Of a stretch of DNA of 34,496 nt, positions 19,606 through 29,588 are shown one piece after another. The stretch's first letter is position 1. Every line of letters starts with the position of its first letter. The position numbers were made by a program, and so were the translations under genes. This stretch comes from Bacteriovoracaceae bacterium (GTDB lineage: Bacteria; Bdellovibrionota; Bacteriovoracia; Bacteriovoracales; Bacteriovoracaceae): the NCBI GenBank assembly GCA_041586955.1, contig JBFGZE010000022.1:1-34496 (forward strand). The letters are read 5' to 3'. The notes under the pieces were generated by a model. The model ran no database searches, had not been told where the DNA came from, and worked only from the letters and a program-made list of their open reading frames with translations.

Positions 19606-20472
19606 TTGGGCCATCCACATCATCATCACAATACCGGAAAGAATATTTTATGGGCATTTTTTTTAAACGCTAGTTTTGCCATCATCGAGTTTATTGGGGG
19701 CTACCTTACCAATAGTATGGCCATTTATAGTGACGCACTTCATGATTTAGGAGATAGTGTGGCGTTACTCTTTTCCTATTTTGCAGAAAAGGTGAGTCTT
19801 AAAAGAGCTGACCGCAATTTTACTTATGGCTATCGGCGCTTTTCAGTTTTGTCTGCAATAATTAATGCCTTTATTCTGCTGTCAGGCTCCCTCTATATTA
19901 TATATGAAGCGATCCTTCGTCTTTCCAATCCTCAACCTGTGATACCTGAGGGGATGTTGGGTTTAGCGATACTTGGCATCATGGTTAATGGTTACGCCGC
20001 CTTTAGTTTGTCTAAGGAGAATGGATTAAATCAAAGAATGGTGATGTACCACCTTTTAGAAGATATTTTGGGTTGGGTTTCTGTCCTCATTGTGAGCGTG
20101 GTACTCATTTTTAAACCACTTTACACCCTCGATTCGATCCTATCGATTATTATTTCATTGGTTATTTTGCGAGGTGTTTACAAGAACTTTGTTAAGGCCG
20201 CTGCAGTATTCCTACAGATGTTTCCAAGTGATTTAGACGTAGAGCACTTGATAAGAGATATTAATAAGCTGGACATAGTGATGGATGTCCATGCGATTAA
20301 GGGTTGGTCAATTGATTGGGATAATTATTACCTCTCACTTCACGTTATTTTGCCTAAGACCACTCAGCTTGTGGATATCGATCCAATTAAAGTTTCCATT
20401 AAAAAAATTCTTAATCAATATAATGTCCGTCATTCAACAATTGAATTTGAGTCCACTTGTGCCGATACTTAG
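19606..20472 (+). CDS. czcD: Cation diffusion facilitator (CzcD/ZitB-like Zn/Co/Cd exporter)
   Basis: His-rich N-terminus; SDALHDLGD, TYGYRR, HLLED and HSTIEFE motifs; several transmembrane segments. Confidence 0.92.
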   Translation: MGHPHHHHNTGKNILWAFFLNASFAIIEFIGGYLTNSMAIYSDALHDLGDSVALLFSYFAEKVSLKRADRNFTYGYRRFSVLSAIINAFILLSGSLYIIYEAILRLSNPQPVIPEGMLGLAILGIMVNGYAAFSLSKENGLNQRMVMYHLLEDILGWVSVLIVSVVLIFKPLYTLDSILSIIISLVILRGVYKNFVKAAAVFLQMFPSDLDVEHLIRDINKLDIVMDVHAIKGWSIDWDNYYLSLHVILPKTTQLVDIDPIKVSIKKILNQYNVRHSTIEFESTCADT

Positions 20473-20524
20473 GTGTTTGGCCTTTGTCTTGCAGTATTAC
20501 CATTAAATTATAGAGGGAAATATT

Positions 20525-21187
20525 ATGGTAAAGGCCAAGTGTTTAATTTTACTTGTTTTAATAAGTGTGTCCTGCTTCGCCAACGAGAGGGGAAATAAAA
20601 AGAAACCATCACCTGTCAAGGCAGTTGACACTTTAAAGGAGATCCCACTTACGTCTATTGTTTTTAACCGAGTGGATTCGATCTCCAACTTTTGTCAGAT
20701 TGATTTTTCAGCAAGTGGAGAAGTAGAGGGCCTAGAGAGGACTATCAAGCTCACCCTTAAAATGATGAACCGTCAAGTGTATATGATTTATGAACTTTCA
20801 GACAAAACCAGGCCTAAATTGAAGGAGCAATCATTTATTATTCGCTACTTAGATGAAATGAATCTTTATTTAAAATCTCATCCTATTAATTCGACATTTA
20901 GTTTCCTAGCACTTGACCGTCTGCAAAACACATTGATAAATGACTTATTGGAAGAATTTAATGAAAAAGGGCGTCCACGCTTCTTTCCAGCTCCTTGGTT
21001 TTCATTTTGGAAATTGGACAAATTATTAGGACTGAATAAAGAATTGGACAAGGGGGATCAAGACTTAGCTTTTACTAAGTTTCATCAAAATTTTAAAAAG
21101 GCGTTATTAAAAGTGACAACCATAGCTCCACCCTATTGCCAAGAAGGGGCTAAAAGCTCTAAACGGAGTAATAGAGAATATAACTAG
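20525..21187 (+). CDS. Hypothetical exported protein
   Basis: 220-aa ORF with RBS and signal peptide. No family recognised. Confidence 0.7.
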   Translation: MVKAKCLILLVLISVSCFANERGNKKKPSPVKAVDTLKEIPLTSIVFNRVDSISNFCQIDFSASGEVEGLERTIKLTLKMMNRQVYMIYELSDKTRPKLKEQSFIIRYLDEMNLYLKSHPINSTFSFLALDRLQNTLINDLLEEFNEKGRPRFFPAPWFSFWKLDKLLGLNKELDKGDQDLAFTKFHQNFKKALLKVTTIAPPYCQEGAKSSKRSNREYN

Positions 21188-21536
21188 AAAGAAGGATCAC
21201 CATGATGGCCTCTGCTTGTATGAGCGCTTTTTTGGGGGCGATGGCCTTAATCAGGGCAATGATAATATTTGGGTAAAGAAATAAAAGGACTCCTTTGATA
21301 AAGGTTATCCAGGAAATAATGGTGGTGATCAATTGTGGTGACACTTCCCAGGTATTATGACCGGCAACCATAAAAGAGCCTAAGAATAATGTTATAAAAC
21401 TTACCGCGAAATATCTCTTTCCTTTCACATATCCATCAATGAATTCTAGCCACAATTGTGGGTTAATTAATAAGGATAAACCCATGCCAAAATAGCCGAG
21501 AGCAAATCCTCTTTCTATAAAACTCGCGATAGACAT
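21159..21536 (-). CDS. Hypothetical four-TM membrane protein
   Basis: Hydrophobic segments and a HNTW motif. ATG 21536 chosen for its AGGA RBS; the ORF extends to 21611. Confidence 0.7.
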   Translation of the reverse strand: MSIASFIERGFALGYFGMGLSLLINPQLWLEFIDGYVKGKRYFAVSFITLFLGSFMVAGHNTWEVSPQLITTIISWITFIKGVLLFLYPNIIIALIKAIAPKKALIQAEAIMVILLSSYILYYSV

Positions 21537-21603
21537 ATTTAATGTTCCTATTAATGGGAGACGTTGGAGATCATACACGAATGGGCGATTATATGGAATG
21601 ACT

Positions 21604-23718
21604 TTATTCACAGTGCTTATGCACGGACTTTTTGGAAAAAATTAGAACAAGATCTTCAGGATCAAAAGGTTTTCTCAAGACCCCATCAAATAATTGTTGA
21701 TCCGGGAGAGCGTCTGCTTTGATGGATAAATATGGTTCAACATCTATATTACCAGTGACCAATATTATTGTAGAATTATTTCCAATATGATGTCTCATCT
21801 GTTGCGTCATCTCAACTCCATTCATTATGGGCATATGATAATCTGTAAAAATGAAGTCGAATTGCTTTTCTTTGCATAGGGATATCGCCTTTTCCGGGCA
21901 TGCACATTGATCAATATTGACTTCAAATTCCTCCATTAATAAAGCAATAGTATGACGAACATCATCATTATCATCGACGAGGAGAACACTTGCACCAGAA
22001 ACTAGGCCTTTGGTTTCTTCGCTCTCAATCTTTGGCGTTAATTTGTGAATCATTTTTGAATAAATTGTATGATGATGAATGGGGAGACGGATAATAAATT
22101 TTGTCCCAATACCTATTGTCGATTCAGCATGAATGTCTCCATTAATCCTTTGAATGATACTTCGACAAACACCAAGGCCAAGACCGGTCCCTACTCCTGC
22201 TGGTTTGGTAGTGAAAAAGGGATCAAAAATTGATTGAGCTGTTTTTTGATCCATACCATGGCCGTTATCTTCCACGGTTAGATAAATATTGTCTTCACGG
22301 ACTTTCGTATCAATAGCGATGCATCTTGTTTTATTTTTTTCAGTGGCGTGTTTAGCATTATTAAAAAGGTTTATTAATATTTGTTCTAATTCGTGGCGGC
22401 ACGCGAAGATATTGTCATTATATGCTTCTAATTGGGTCGTAAATGTCACTCCCTCCATGGCAAACATAGGATCAACAAATGCTATGGTCTCAAGAATAAC
22501 TTCATGTAAATTAAGCGGTTGGTCCACCGACTTTTCATCTCGAGAAAAACGGCATAGATTACCAACGATAAATGAAATACGGTCAACCGATTCCCTAAAT
22601 ATATGAAAAATTTTATTAAAGTAATCGGGATTTAGGTTCTTCTCAGTCGTCAAATGAAGAGAGGAAGTATTAATATGCCCCTTAAGAATCAGCAGGGTGT
22701 TATTCACTTCATGGCCCAATCCTGCGGCCATTTGTCCAATACTCGCCATGCGTTCATAACGAATGATTTGTTTTTGAGTATTTTCTAATTCGTTAATATT
22801 ATTTTTTAATTCTATATTTTTTGATTTTAATTTTGCGGTAGAGGCATCCACCAGTGCTTCAAGTGTATTTGTATATTGTGAGGTCTCCAGTTCTTTAATC
22901 TTGAAATGTTGGATCATTCGGACAAAATTATGGCCAAGCATGCTAATCTCATCATTGGCAAGAGTCGGTGCAATGGCAATACTAAGATCACCATCAATCA
23001 CATTTTGTGTTTGTACTGCCAATTGCTTGATCGGTTGTGATATGAGGCGACTAAACAGGAGACTAAATATAATTGAAAGTATAATGGATATTATTGCAGG
23101 GAGTAATAGAATATAAAAAAGTTGTTTTTGAATTCGGAGTATTTCACTAGAAGCATTATAGTCAACTGCAACCGCCCCGATGACCTCCCCGCTCAATCCT
23201 AATAGTGGAGCAACTGCAGAAATCCATTTTCCGGACTTATTTTCATAGAGTTTGGAAAAAAGTGGTCTACCGCTTTGGACAGCGTCTTTGGCCATCGAAG
23301 TTAATTTTACCGAATTGCCAATATAGTGATTGGAGTCACTTGTCGCCAAATAAATGATTTTATCAGGATCCCATGAAGGAACAAAAAAGGTATAAATATC
23401 CTTTTGTAATCCATTTTGATTTTTGATTTCCTGTAATATTTTTTGTTGCTTAATAAAATATGGAGTTTGGGCGATATTCTCGTCCTGGGCCAAATAGCTC
23501 ATTTTTAAGAGTTCATGATCAAACTGGGAGATATTTAAGCTTGTCGTCTTGGCGATATTATTAACCCGTTTGCCAAGGATATTTTCAATATAACTCTTTT
23601 CACTTTGATAAATAAGAACAGCGCTTATCGTTAGGATGATCAAAGTCAGACTTAAGAAAAGAAGGCCTAGTTTGATTGAGAGAGAAAAATTTCTGATCCA
23701 TGGTAGTCTGTGTAGAAT
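21604..23718 (-). CDS. Hybrid sensor histidine kinase (periplasmic sensor-HAMP-HisKA-HATPase-receiver), probable ATT start
   Basis: H-box AGLGHEVNN, N-box QILINLFNNA, DNGHG, FDPFFTTK, GTGLGL; receiver LLVDD, TDYHMP, RKP. The frame is open upstream of TTG 23643 to ATT 23718, preceded by GAGGAG. Confidence 0.9.
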   Translation of the reverse strand: MLHRLPWIRNFSLSIKLGLLFLSLTLIILTISAVLIYQSEKSYIENILGKRVNNIAKTTSLNISQFDHELLKMSYLAQDENIAQTPYFIKQQKILQEIKNQNGLQKDIYTFFVPSWDPDKIIYLATSDSNHYIGNSVKLTSMAKDAVQSGRPLFSKLYENKSGKWISAVAPLLGLSGEVIGAVAVDYNASSEILRIQKQLFYILLLPAIISIILSIIFSLLFSRLISQPIKQLAVQTQNVIDGDLSIAIAPTLANDEISMLGHNFVRMIQHFKIKELETSQYTNTLEALVDASTAKLKSKNIELKNNINELENTQKQIIRYERMASIGQMAAGLGHEVNNTLLILKGHINTSSLHLTTEKNLNPDYFNKIFHIFRESVDRISFIVGNLCRFSRDEKSVDQPLNLHEVILETIAFVDPMFAMEGVTFTTQLEAYNDNIFACRHELEQILINLFNNAKHATEKNKTRCIAIDTKVREDNIYLTVEDNGHGMDQKTAQSIFDPFFTTKPAGVGTGLGLGVCRSIIQRINGDIHAESTIGIGTKFIIRLPIHHHTIYSKMIHKLTPKIESEETKGLVSGASVLLVDDNDDVRHTIALLMEEFEVNIDQCACPEKAISLCKEKQFDFIFTDYHMPIMNGVEMTQQMRHHIGNNSTIILVTGNIDVEPYLSIKADALPDQQLFDGVLRKPFDPEDLVLIFSKKSVHKHCE

Positions 23719-23965
23719 GGTCGACTCCTCTCAGTATAGTAATTGACGATATTTTGATTTCCTATAATTATCGTTCTATAAAGAGTTGAGATAAACTTAA
23801 TTTTTATTAAGAAAAAAAAATGTTCTTCATTTGTCATGAGTTAGATCAGGGCTAAATAAAAAGCCTTGTTTTTTTGTTTATTGGTCTATCCTTTTATCAT
23901 TAAAGAATAGCTATAAAATAGTAACCAATAGGGTAAAGATCATTTAAGTTTGAGGATCATTACTT

Positions 23966-26677
23966 TTATTGTGTCCGATGATAGGCCTCTATTTGTACCG
24001 CAGTCACTTTATATTCAGGACAGAGAGTATCAGGGTCAGAAATATCACTTGTGAGAAAGTTGACCATATTCTCTGGGAAATGAAATGTTGTTCGCAAGAT
24101 TCCTTTTTTAACTGTGTCCGATACGTTCGCAGTTAAAATAATTTCACCGCGCTTAGAGCATATCTTCACTCTATCTCCATCGCAGATACGCTTTTCGTTA
24201 GCGTCTTTCGGGTTAATTAAAACAATATCCTCATTGGACAATTGGGTATTTTCCGTTCGGCGAGTCATCGCTCCGCAATTATAATGAATTAAATCACGTA
24301 CGGTGGTAAGAATGAATGGATAGTCCTTTTTGTTATGATCAATTTCTTTACTTTCCTGAAATTGTGCACTTTTGAACAGGCCTTTTCCTCTGGTAAAGGA
24401 CTGTTGATGGAGTACTTTTGTCTCCTGACCGGAGCTTGAAACAGGCCATTGTTTACCGTTATCTCCCAGACCTTCCCAAGTAACACCTGCAAAAAAGGGA
24501 ACAATTTGTGAAATCTCTTTTAGCATTATCTCTGGATGATAGTCCTTTTGGGGATAACCTAATAAGTTCATTATTTCGACAATAATTTGACCATCTGATT
24601 TAGTTCCAGTGAGAGGCCTAATTACTTGATTTACTCTTTGTATTCTCCGTTCAGCGTTAGTAAATGTCCCGCTTTTTTCAAAAAAACTTGCCGCCGGTAA
24701 AATAACTGTCGCGAGTTTTGCTGTTTCATTCATAAAAAGATCTTGAACAATGAGCAATTCCAAATTCAAAAGATCCGTTTTTACTTTTTTAGCATTGGGC
24801 TCTGTTTGTGCGATGTCTTCTCCTACCAGCCATAGGGCCTTTAATTTGTCTTTGCCTGCAGCATCTGTCATTTCTGGGATTGTTAATCCTACTTTCGGTG
24901 ATAAGGGAGACCCATAAAATTCTTCGTAGCGCGCCTGGATTATAGGGTCTGTAATATCCAAATAACCAGCTCCTTGATGTGGCTGAACTCCCATGTCAGC
25001 ACATCCCTGGACATTGTTTTGTCCTCGCATAGGATTTACCCCAGAGCCAGGTTTTCCAATATTTCCAGTAATCATCGCCAATTGGGCGACGAGCATTACG
25101 GCCAATGTTCCTTGAGAGTGTTCTGTTATACCCAGTCCATGGAAACACATCGCTTGCTTTGCTTTGGCGTATAATTGTGTGGCCGCTAGAACTTTTTTCT
25201 TAGGTACTCCACATATTTTGGCCAATTCATCAGGATCGTGTTTTAAAATGTCCTGACGAAAATCGTCAAGGCCTTCGCAACGATGATTGATGAAGTCGGT
25301 ATCAACAAGCTGCTCTTTGATAATATAATAAAACATCATATTGAGCAGGGCGATGTTAGTGCCAGGGCGCAATTGTAAATGATAATCTGCAAATTTGGCG
25401 AGCTCACTCTTAAAGGGGTCGATCACAATTAAAGGAGTTCCCTTGATCGCGGCCTGTTTGATTTTTGCTCCCGTGACTGGGTGAGAACAAGTGGGATTCG
25501 CTCCTATAATCAGCATACAATCAGTAATTGCAATCTCCTCAACGGAATTTGTCGCAGCCCCTGTCCCGAATATTCGTTGCATTCCAAGTGCGGTTGGAGC
25601 ATGGCAGACTCGTGCGCACCCATCAATATTATTGGTGCCAATTACTGCTCGCATCAATTTTTGCATAAGATAATTTTCTTCATTGGTACAGCGCGCGGAG
25701 GAAATTCCGGCAATAGCATCAGCGCCATACTGATTCTTGATCGATTTTATTTTTGCAATTATAAAATCATAGGCCTCATCCCAATCTACATTTTTAAGCT
25801 CCCCATTCTTACGTATCATGGGAGATTTTAGGCGATCGGGATGATTATAAAATCGAAAAGCATAGCGACCTTTTATACAGGCATGACCTTGATTTACTTC
25901 AGAATCTTTTGAACCCCTAATACTTAAAATTTCGTCTCCACGAGAAGATACATCGAGGTTACAGCCAACTCCGCAATAAGTGCAGATGGTTCGTGTTGTT
26001 TTGTCGGCCAGTTTCTCTTGTGATTGGAAAATATCTGTGATTGCGTTGGTTGGACAAGTGAGAACACAAGCTCCGCAAGAGACACATTCAGAGTCCGAAA
26101 AGTTTTGATCTTGACCTTTAATCACCTTTGTCTCTATTCCACGGCCTGCCATACTAAGCGCGAATTGTCCTTGGATTTCATCACACGCCTGGATACAGCG
26201 ATAGCAATGGATACATTGATCCATATCTGATCTCAAGTAAGGATGTTCTGAGTCTTTGGCGTTGGCGATTTTAGGTGTTAAATGAGGGTAATGAAAATGG
26301 GCGCGCCCTATTTGTTTGATCGTCGGTAGGACTTCACATAATTCACCCTTGTCACAATGACTGCACTCAAGCCTATGCTCGGAGAGGATTAATTCTAATA
26401 AATGTTTTCTAAGGCGTTCGATACGCGAAGAAGAGGAATAGATATATTGACCGACTTGAGGAGTATTATGGCATGAGGCGAGGAGCGTTTTTTCGCCATC
26501 TTTTTTAGTCGAAACTTCAACCTGACAAAGCCGGCATGAACCTATTGGTTTAAGCTTTGGATCATGGCATAAAGTGGGAATTAGATCATCTCCCAAATGG
26601 CGTTTGGCAAAAGTCAAAATAGTATCACCATCTTGAAAAGGAAATGGAATATTATCAATGTAGGCTATCTTTTTCAT
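23966..26677 (-). CDS. fdhF: Mo/W-bisPGD formate dehydrogenase alpha subunit (FdsA/FdhF type, Cys ligand)
   Basis: 2Fe-2S and 4Fe-4S motifs (CIHCYRCIQAC, CVSCGACVLTCP, CTYCGVGC), NNIDGCARVCHAPT, RGQNNVQG, EKSGTFTNAERR, PEYK. Confidence 0.96.
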   Translation of the reverse strand: MKKIAYIDNIPFPFQDGDTILTFAKRHLGDDLIPTLCHDPKLKPIGSCRLCQVEVSTKKDGEKTLLASCHNTPQVGQYIYSSSSRIERLRKHLLELILSEHRLECSHCDKGELCEVLPTIKQIGRAHFHYPHLTPKIANAKDSEHPYLRSDMDQCIHCYRCIQACDEIQGQFALSMAGRGIETKVIKGQDQNFSDSECVSCGACVLTCPTNAITDIFQSQEKLADKTTRTICTYCGVGCNLDVSSRGDEILSIRGSKDSEVNQGHACIKGRYAFRFYNHPDRLKSPMIRKNGELKNVDWDEAYDFIIAKIKSIKNQYGADAIAGISSARCTNEENYLMQKLMRAVIGTNNIDGCARVCHAPTALGMQRIFGTGAATNSVEEIAITDCMLIIGANPTCSHPVTGAKIKQAAIKGTPLIVIDPFKSELAKFADYHLQLRPGTNIALLNMMFYYIIKEQLVDTDFINHRCEGLDDFRQDILKHDPDELAKICGVPKKKVLAATQLYAKAKQAMCFHGLGITEHSQGTLAVMLVAQLAMITGNIGKPGSGVNPMRGQNNVQGCADMGVQPHQGAGYLDITDPIIQARYEEFYGSPLSPKVGLTIPEMTDAAGKDKLKALWLVGEDIAQTEPNAKKVKTDLLNLELLIVQDLFMNETAKLATVILPAASFFEKSGTFTNAERRIQRVNQVIRPLTGTKSDGQIIVEIMNLLGYPQKDYHPEIMLKEISQIVPFFAGVTWEGLGDNGKQWPVSSSGQETKVLHQQSFTRGKGLFKSAQFQESKEIDHNKKDYPFILTTVRDLIHYNCGAMTRRTENTQLSNEDIVLINPKDANEKRICDGDRVKICSKRGEIILTANVSDTVKKGILRTTFHFPENMVNFLTSDISDPDTLCPEYKVTAVQIEAYHRTQ

Positions 26678-28233
26678 TTATCCTCCTCAAAATAGGGTTT
26701 TAATTCTTGCGGGAAGTATTGCAAAATATTATGGACGGAAAGAGGGATACTTCCTCCCAGGCCACAAAGGCTAGTCATTTCCATCGTTTCCAATAATTCA
26801 GAAAAAATACTTTGGGAAACTTTTTTATGATTAGAATTTTTAATCAAGTTATGGCCTTGTGCTGAACCAAGGCGGCAAGGAACGCATTTTCCGCACGATT
26901 CATTTTTAGTGAATTCAAATAAATGTTCAATAAGTTTAATCATGGGGAATTGTTTAGGTATAAGAATCATACTTCCATGACCTAAAGTAAGGCCATGTTT
27001 TTCAAATGATTCAAAGTCAATATGGAGTTCATGGAGCATTCCCAGAGGAATAATCGAACCCAATGGGCCACCCACCTGAATCGCTTTTCCTTCAACTTTA
27101 AGGCCCTTGCCACAATTATTGATGACATATTCGAGAGGAGTTCCCATTTCAACTTCATAGACGCCTGGTTTGTTAAATAAGCTACTAAGACTGATGAGTT
27201 TAGTCCCAGTAGAAAAGGTCGTTCCAATTTGGGAAAAATGGTATCCCGTCTTCGTGATAATTGAATAAAGATTGGCAATAGTTTCGACATTATTAACTAC
27301 AGTTGGTTTGTTAAATAAACCTTTGGTAGAGGGGTAGGGGGGACGAACAGAAACTTCTGGGCGCTTTCCTTCAATTGAAGCGATTAATGCCGTTTCTTCA
27401 CCACAAACATATGAACCTGCTCCTTGAACCGCTATAACATCAAAATGGTGGCCCTTTGCCATTATATTTTCACCGAGAAAACCTAATTCCCGCCAATTTT
27501 CGATGACCGTATTCATAACCTCCTGGGCCTTAGGGTATTCACCTCTTATATAAACAATGCCGGTTTGAGCTCCAATAATATACCCGGAGACCAATAGCCC
27601 AAATAAAATAAGGTCCGGCCTATTTTCTAAAAGGAAACGATCTGAATATGAGCCAGGGTCCCCTTCATCACCATTGACTATGATATACTTTTCTGAGGAA
27701 GGAGTATTTTGGCAAATTTCTAATTTTGTTGCCATGGGAAAGCCTGCGCCGCCTCGCCCACGTAAACCGCTAGTAGTCATTTCATTTAATAAATGACTGG
27801 GGTCTTGCTCGAGGGCGTACTTGATGGCGTCGTGCAATTCTTGGATGCTTAATGACTGACCTAATAAAATGGGACTTTCTAATTGAGCAAGATGATGAAT
27901 ATCTTCTGAGGATTCATGGAAGTTTAATTGGAAGTTTTCAAAATAAGCATTATTATGAAAACAATGGCCAAGGCAATTGACTTCTCCAATTTCCTCTTCT
28001 TTAAAGTCTTTAAGTATTTTTCTTTTAATTTCGTCAACTTTTCCGCTCATTAAACAAGCGGTTCCAGAGCAAAGGTGAATTTTTTTATTTTTATCTTCTG
28101 GGCGCAAAAAATCATAAAATGACTTGGCCCCATAATCATTGGCAGTTCCGAGCAGTGAGTTTTTATTAATTTTATCCTCGATCCTCGATTGAAGTGCTGT
28201 TCTTTTGGCTAAAAAGCTAAGGTTTTCTGACAT
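26674..28233 (-). CDS. NAD(H)/FMN-binding diaphorase subunit (NuoF/FdsB-like) with an N-terminal fused 2Fe-2S (NuoE/FdsG-like) domain
   Basis: CSGTAC...CLGHC at the N-terminus; GRGGAGFP, NGDEGDPG, GAGSYVCGEETAL, SCGKCVPC...LCGLG. GGAGG precedes ATG 28233, and the stop overlaps the alpha-subunit start. Confidence 0.92.
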   Translation of the reverse strand: MSENLSFLAKRTALQSRIEDKINKNSLLGTANDYGAKSFYDFLRPEDKNKKIHLCSGTACLMSGKVDEIKRKILKDFKEEEIGEVNCLGHCFHNNAYFENFQLNFHESSEDIHHLAQLESPILLGQSLSIQELHDAIKYALEQDPSHLLNEMTTSGLRGRGGAGFPMATKLEICQNTPSSEKYIIVNGDEGDPGSYSDRFLLENRPDLILFGLLVSGYIIGAQTGIVYIRGEYPKAQEVMNTVIENWRELGFLGENIMAKGHHFDVIAVQGAGSYVCGEETALIASIEGKRPEVSVRPPYPSTKGLFNKPTVVNNVETIANLYSIITKTGYHFSQIGTTFSTGTKLISLSSLFNKPGVYEVEMGTPLEYVINNCGKGLKVEGKAIQVGGPLGSIIPLGMLHELHIDFESFEKHGLTLGHGSMILIPKQFPMIKLIEHLFEFTKNESCGKCVPCRLGSAQGHNLIKNSNHKKVSQSIFSELLETMEMTSLCGLGGSIPLSVHNILQYFPQELKPYFEEDK

Positions 28234-29060
28234 GGTTGCCCTCCAAGAATGATGCGTTGATGATGACAATAGATTGTTGCTTGTTCACCCCGACAGAAAC
28301 CCCCAAGAGTGATTCCTTTTTCTTTTGCTATCTCGACCGCCAATGAAGTTGGTGCGGAAATGGCCAAAATAATGGGAATATGGGCCCTCATCGCTTTAAC
28401 GACGATTTCGTAGGAAATCCTTCCCGAGACCAATAGTATTTTGGCCGAGGTTAATTGCTTATTCATTTGTAAGTAACCAATGGCCTTATCAAGGGCGTTA
28501 TGACGACCAATATCTTCGTATAGAGAGATTAAATTCAAGGCGGAATCAAAAAGTGCTGCGGCATGAGTTGCACCTGTTTTGGAAAAAAGCGCTTGCCCCT
28601 TAGTCATTTTTTCGAATAGGAGGGCGATCCTATCTGCAGGTAGAGCGATGCTATCCTCAATCATTTCATTTTGTAGCTCAATATCTTTTAAGTCTTTCTT
28701 TCCACAAAACCCACAAGAAGATGTAGAAATAAGACTCCGATTATCAGCGATGCTTTTAAGAAGGTTGTTCGCGTTGACTTGTGCATTGATATGAGTTGCA
28801 AGGCCTTGCTCATCAAAGTCAAACTGGTCCCATAAATGTATTTCTTTTTGATAAACTTTTTCAGTAAATAACAGACCCGTTATAAGCTCTTTATCAGCTC
28901 CTGGGGTTCGCATAGTTAAGGAATAGGGAATGCTATTGATTGAAATTTGTAAAGGCTCTTCCTGTGGCAGGTAAACCTTATCGTTATTCCAAGACAGCGT
29001 AGGTGATAGCTGCCTTATTTTAAGACAAGGAGTCGCTGTTTTTTGGAGAGTCATATTCAT
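28209..29060 (-). CDS. fdhD: Formate dehydrogenase accessory sulfurtransferase FdhD
   Basis: EEPL, MRTPG, SSCGFCG, TGATHAA, EDIGRHNALDK and SAPTSLAV motifs. Confidence 0.96.
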   Translation of the reverse strand: MNMTLQKTATPCLKIRQLSPTLSWNNDKVYLPQEEPLQISINSIPYSLTMRTPGADKELITGLLFTEKVYQKEIHLWDQFDFDEQGLATHINAQVNANNLLKSIADNRSLISTSSCGFCGKKDLKDIELQNEMIEDSIALPADRIALLFEKMTKGQALFSKTGATHAAALFDSALNLISLYEDIGRHNALDKAIGYLQMNKQLTSAKILLVSGRISYEIVVKAMRAHIPIILAISAPTSLAVEIAKEKGITLGGFCRGEQATIYCHHQRIILGGQPCQKTLAF

Positions 29061-29588
29061 AATTAATGCCTCGTTAACTTTAGATGACAGAAAAAATGAT
29101 AGAAATCTTCTATTACCAATACAGGAATTATTTAAACTAAAATATGACTGCAATCATCCCATCTCATAGGCACGGAATTAAGCATATTATGTAGATAATT
29201 AGTGCTAATTGCTAAAACCTTTCGCAAGAAAGGTGTCAATTGAGCTGAGCAATGGTCAAGACGAAAGAAGTAACTTTTGGTACGGTACACTTGGCGCTCT
29301 AATTGATTCGCTCGATAAAGAGAGAGCAAGATTTTAAGTGGATCTATAGAAGGCCTTTCCTTTAGATGTCCAACTAAAAGCTGCTTAACTTGGTGATAGA
29401 ATATGGTGTCAAAATAGTTTATTAACATATTGTTTTAAAAAATAAGTCCATGTTTGGCCTCTGGTTCACTTGAGTGGGGATCCTAGCATTATTGAAGTTT
29501 TAAGGGGGAATTTTTTCTTGAATATCGCTATTAAATTGACCGGTTTGGTCGGGGTTGACCTGAGCAATTTGGAGCGGCTATTATAAGA

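Noticed and set aside
23768..23800. Possible sigma-28 promoter for the hybrid kinase (AACGATAA on the minus strand)
   Set aside because: The -35 TAAA/TAAG element is not at the required 15-nt spacing.
25585..25625. Possible selenocysteine in the FDH active site
   Set aside because: The motif is CARVCH with a Cys codon, and the frame has no in-frame TGA.
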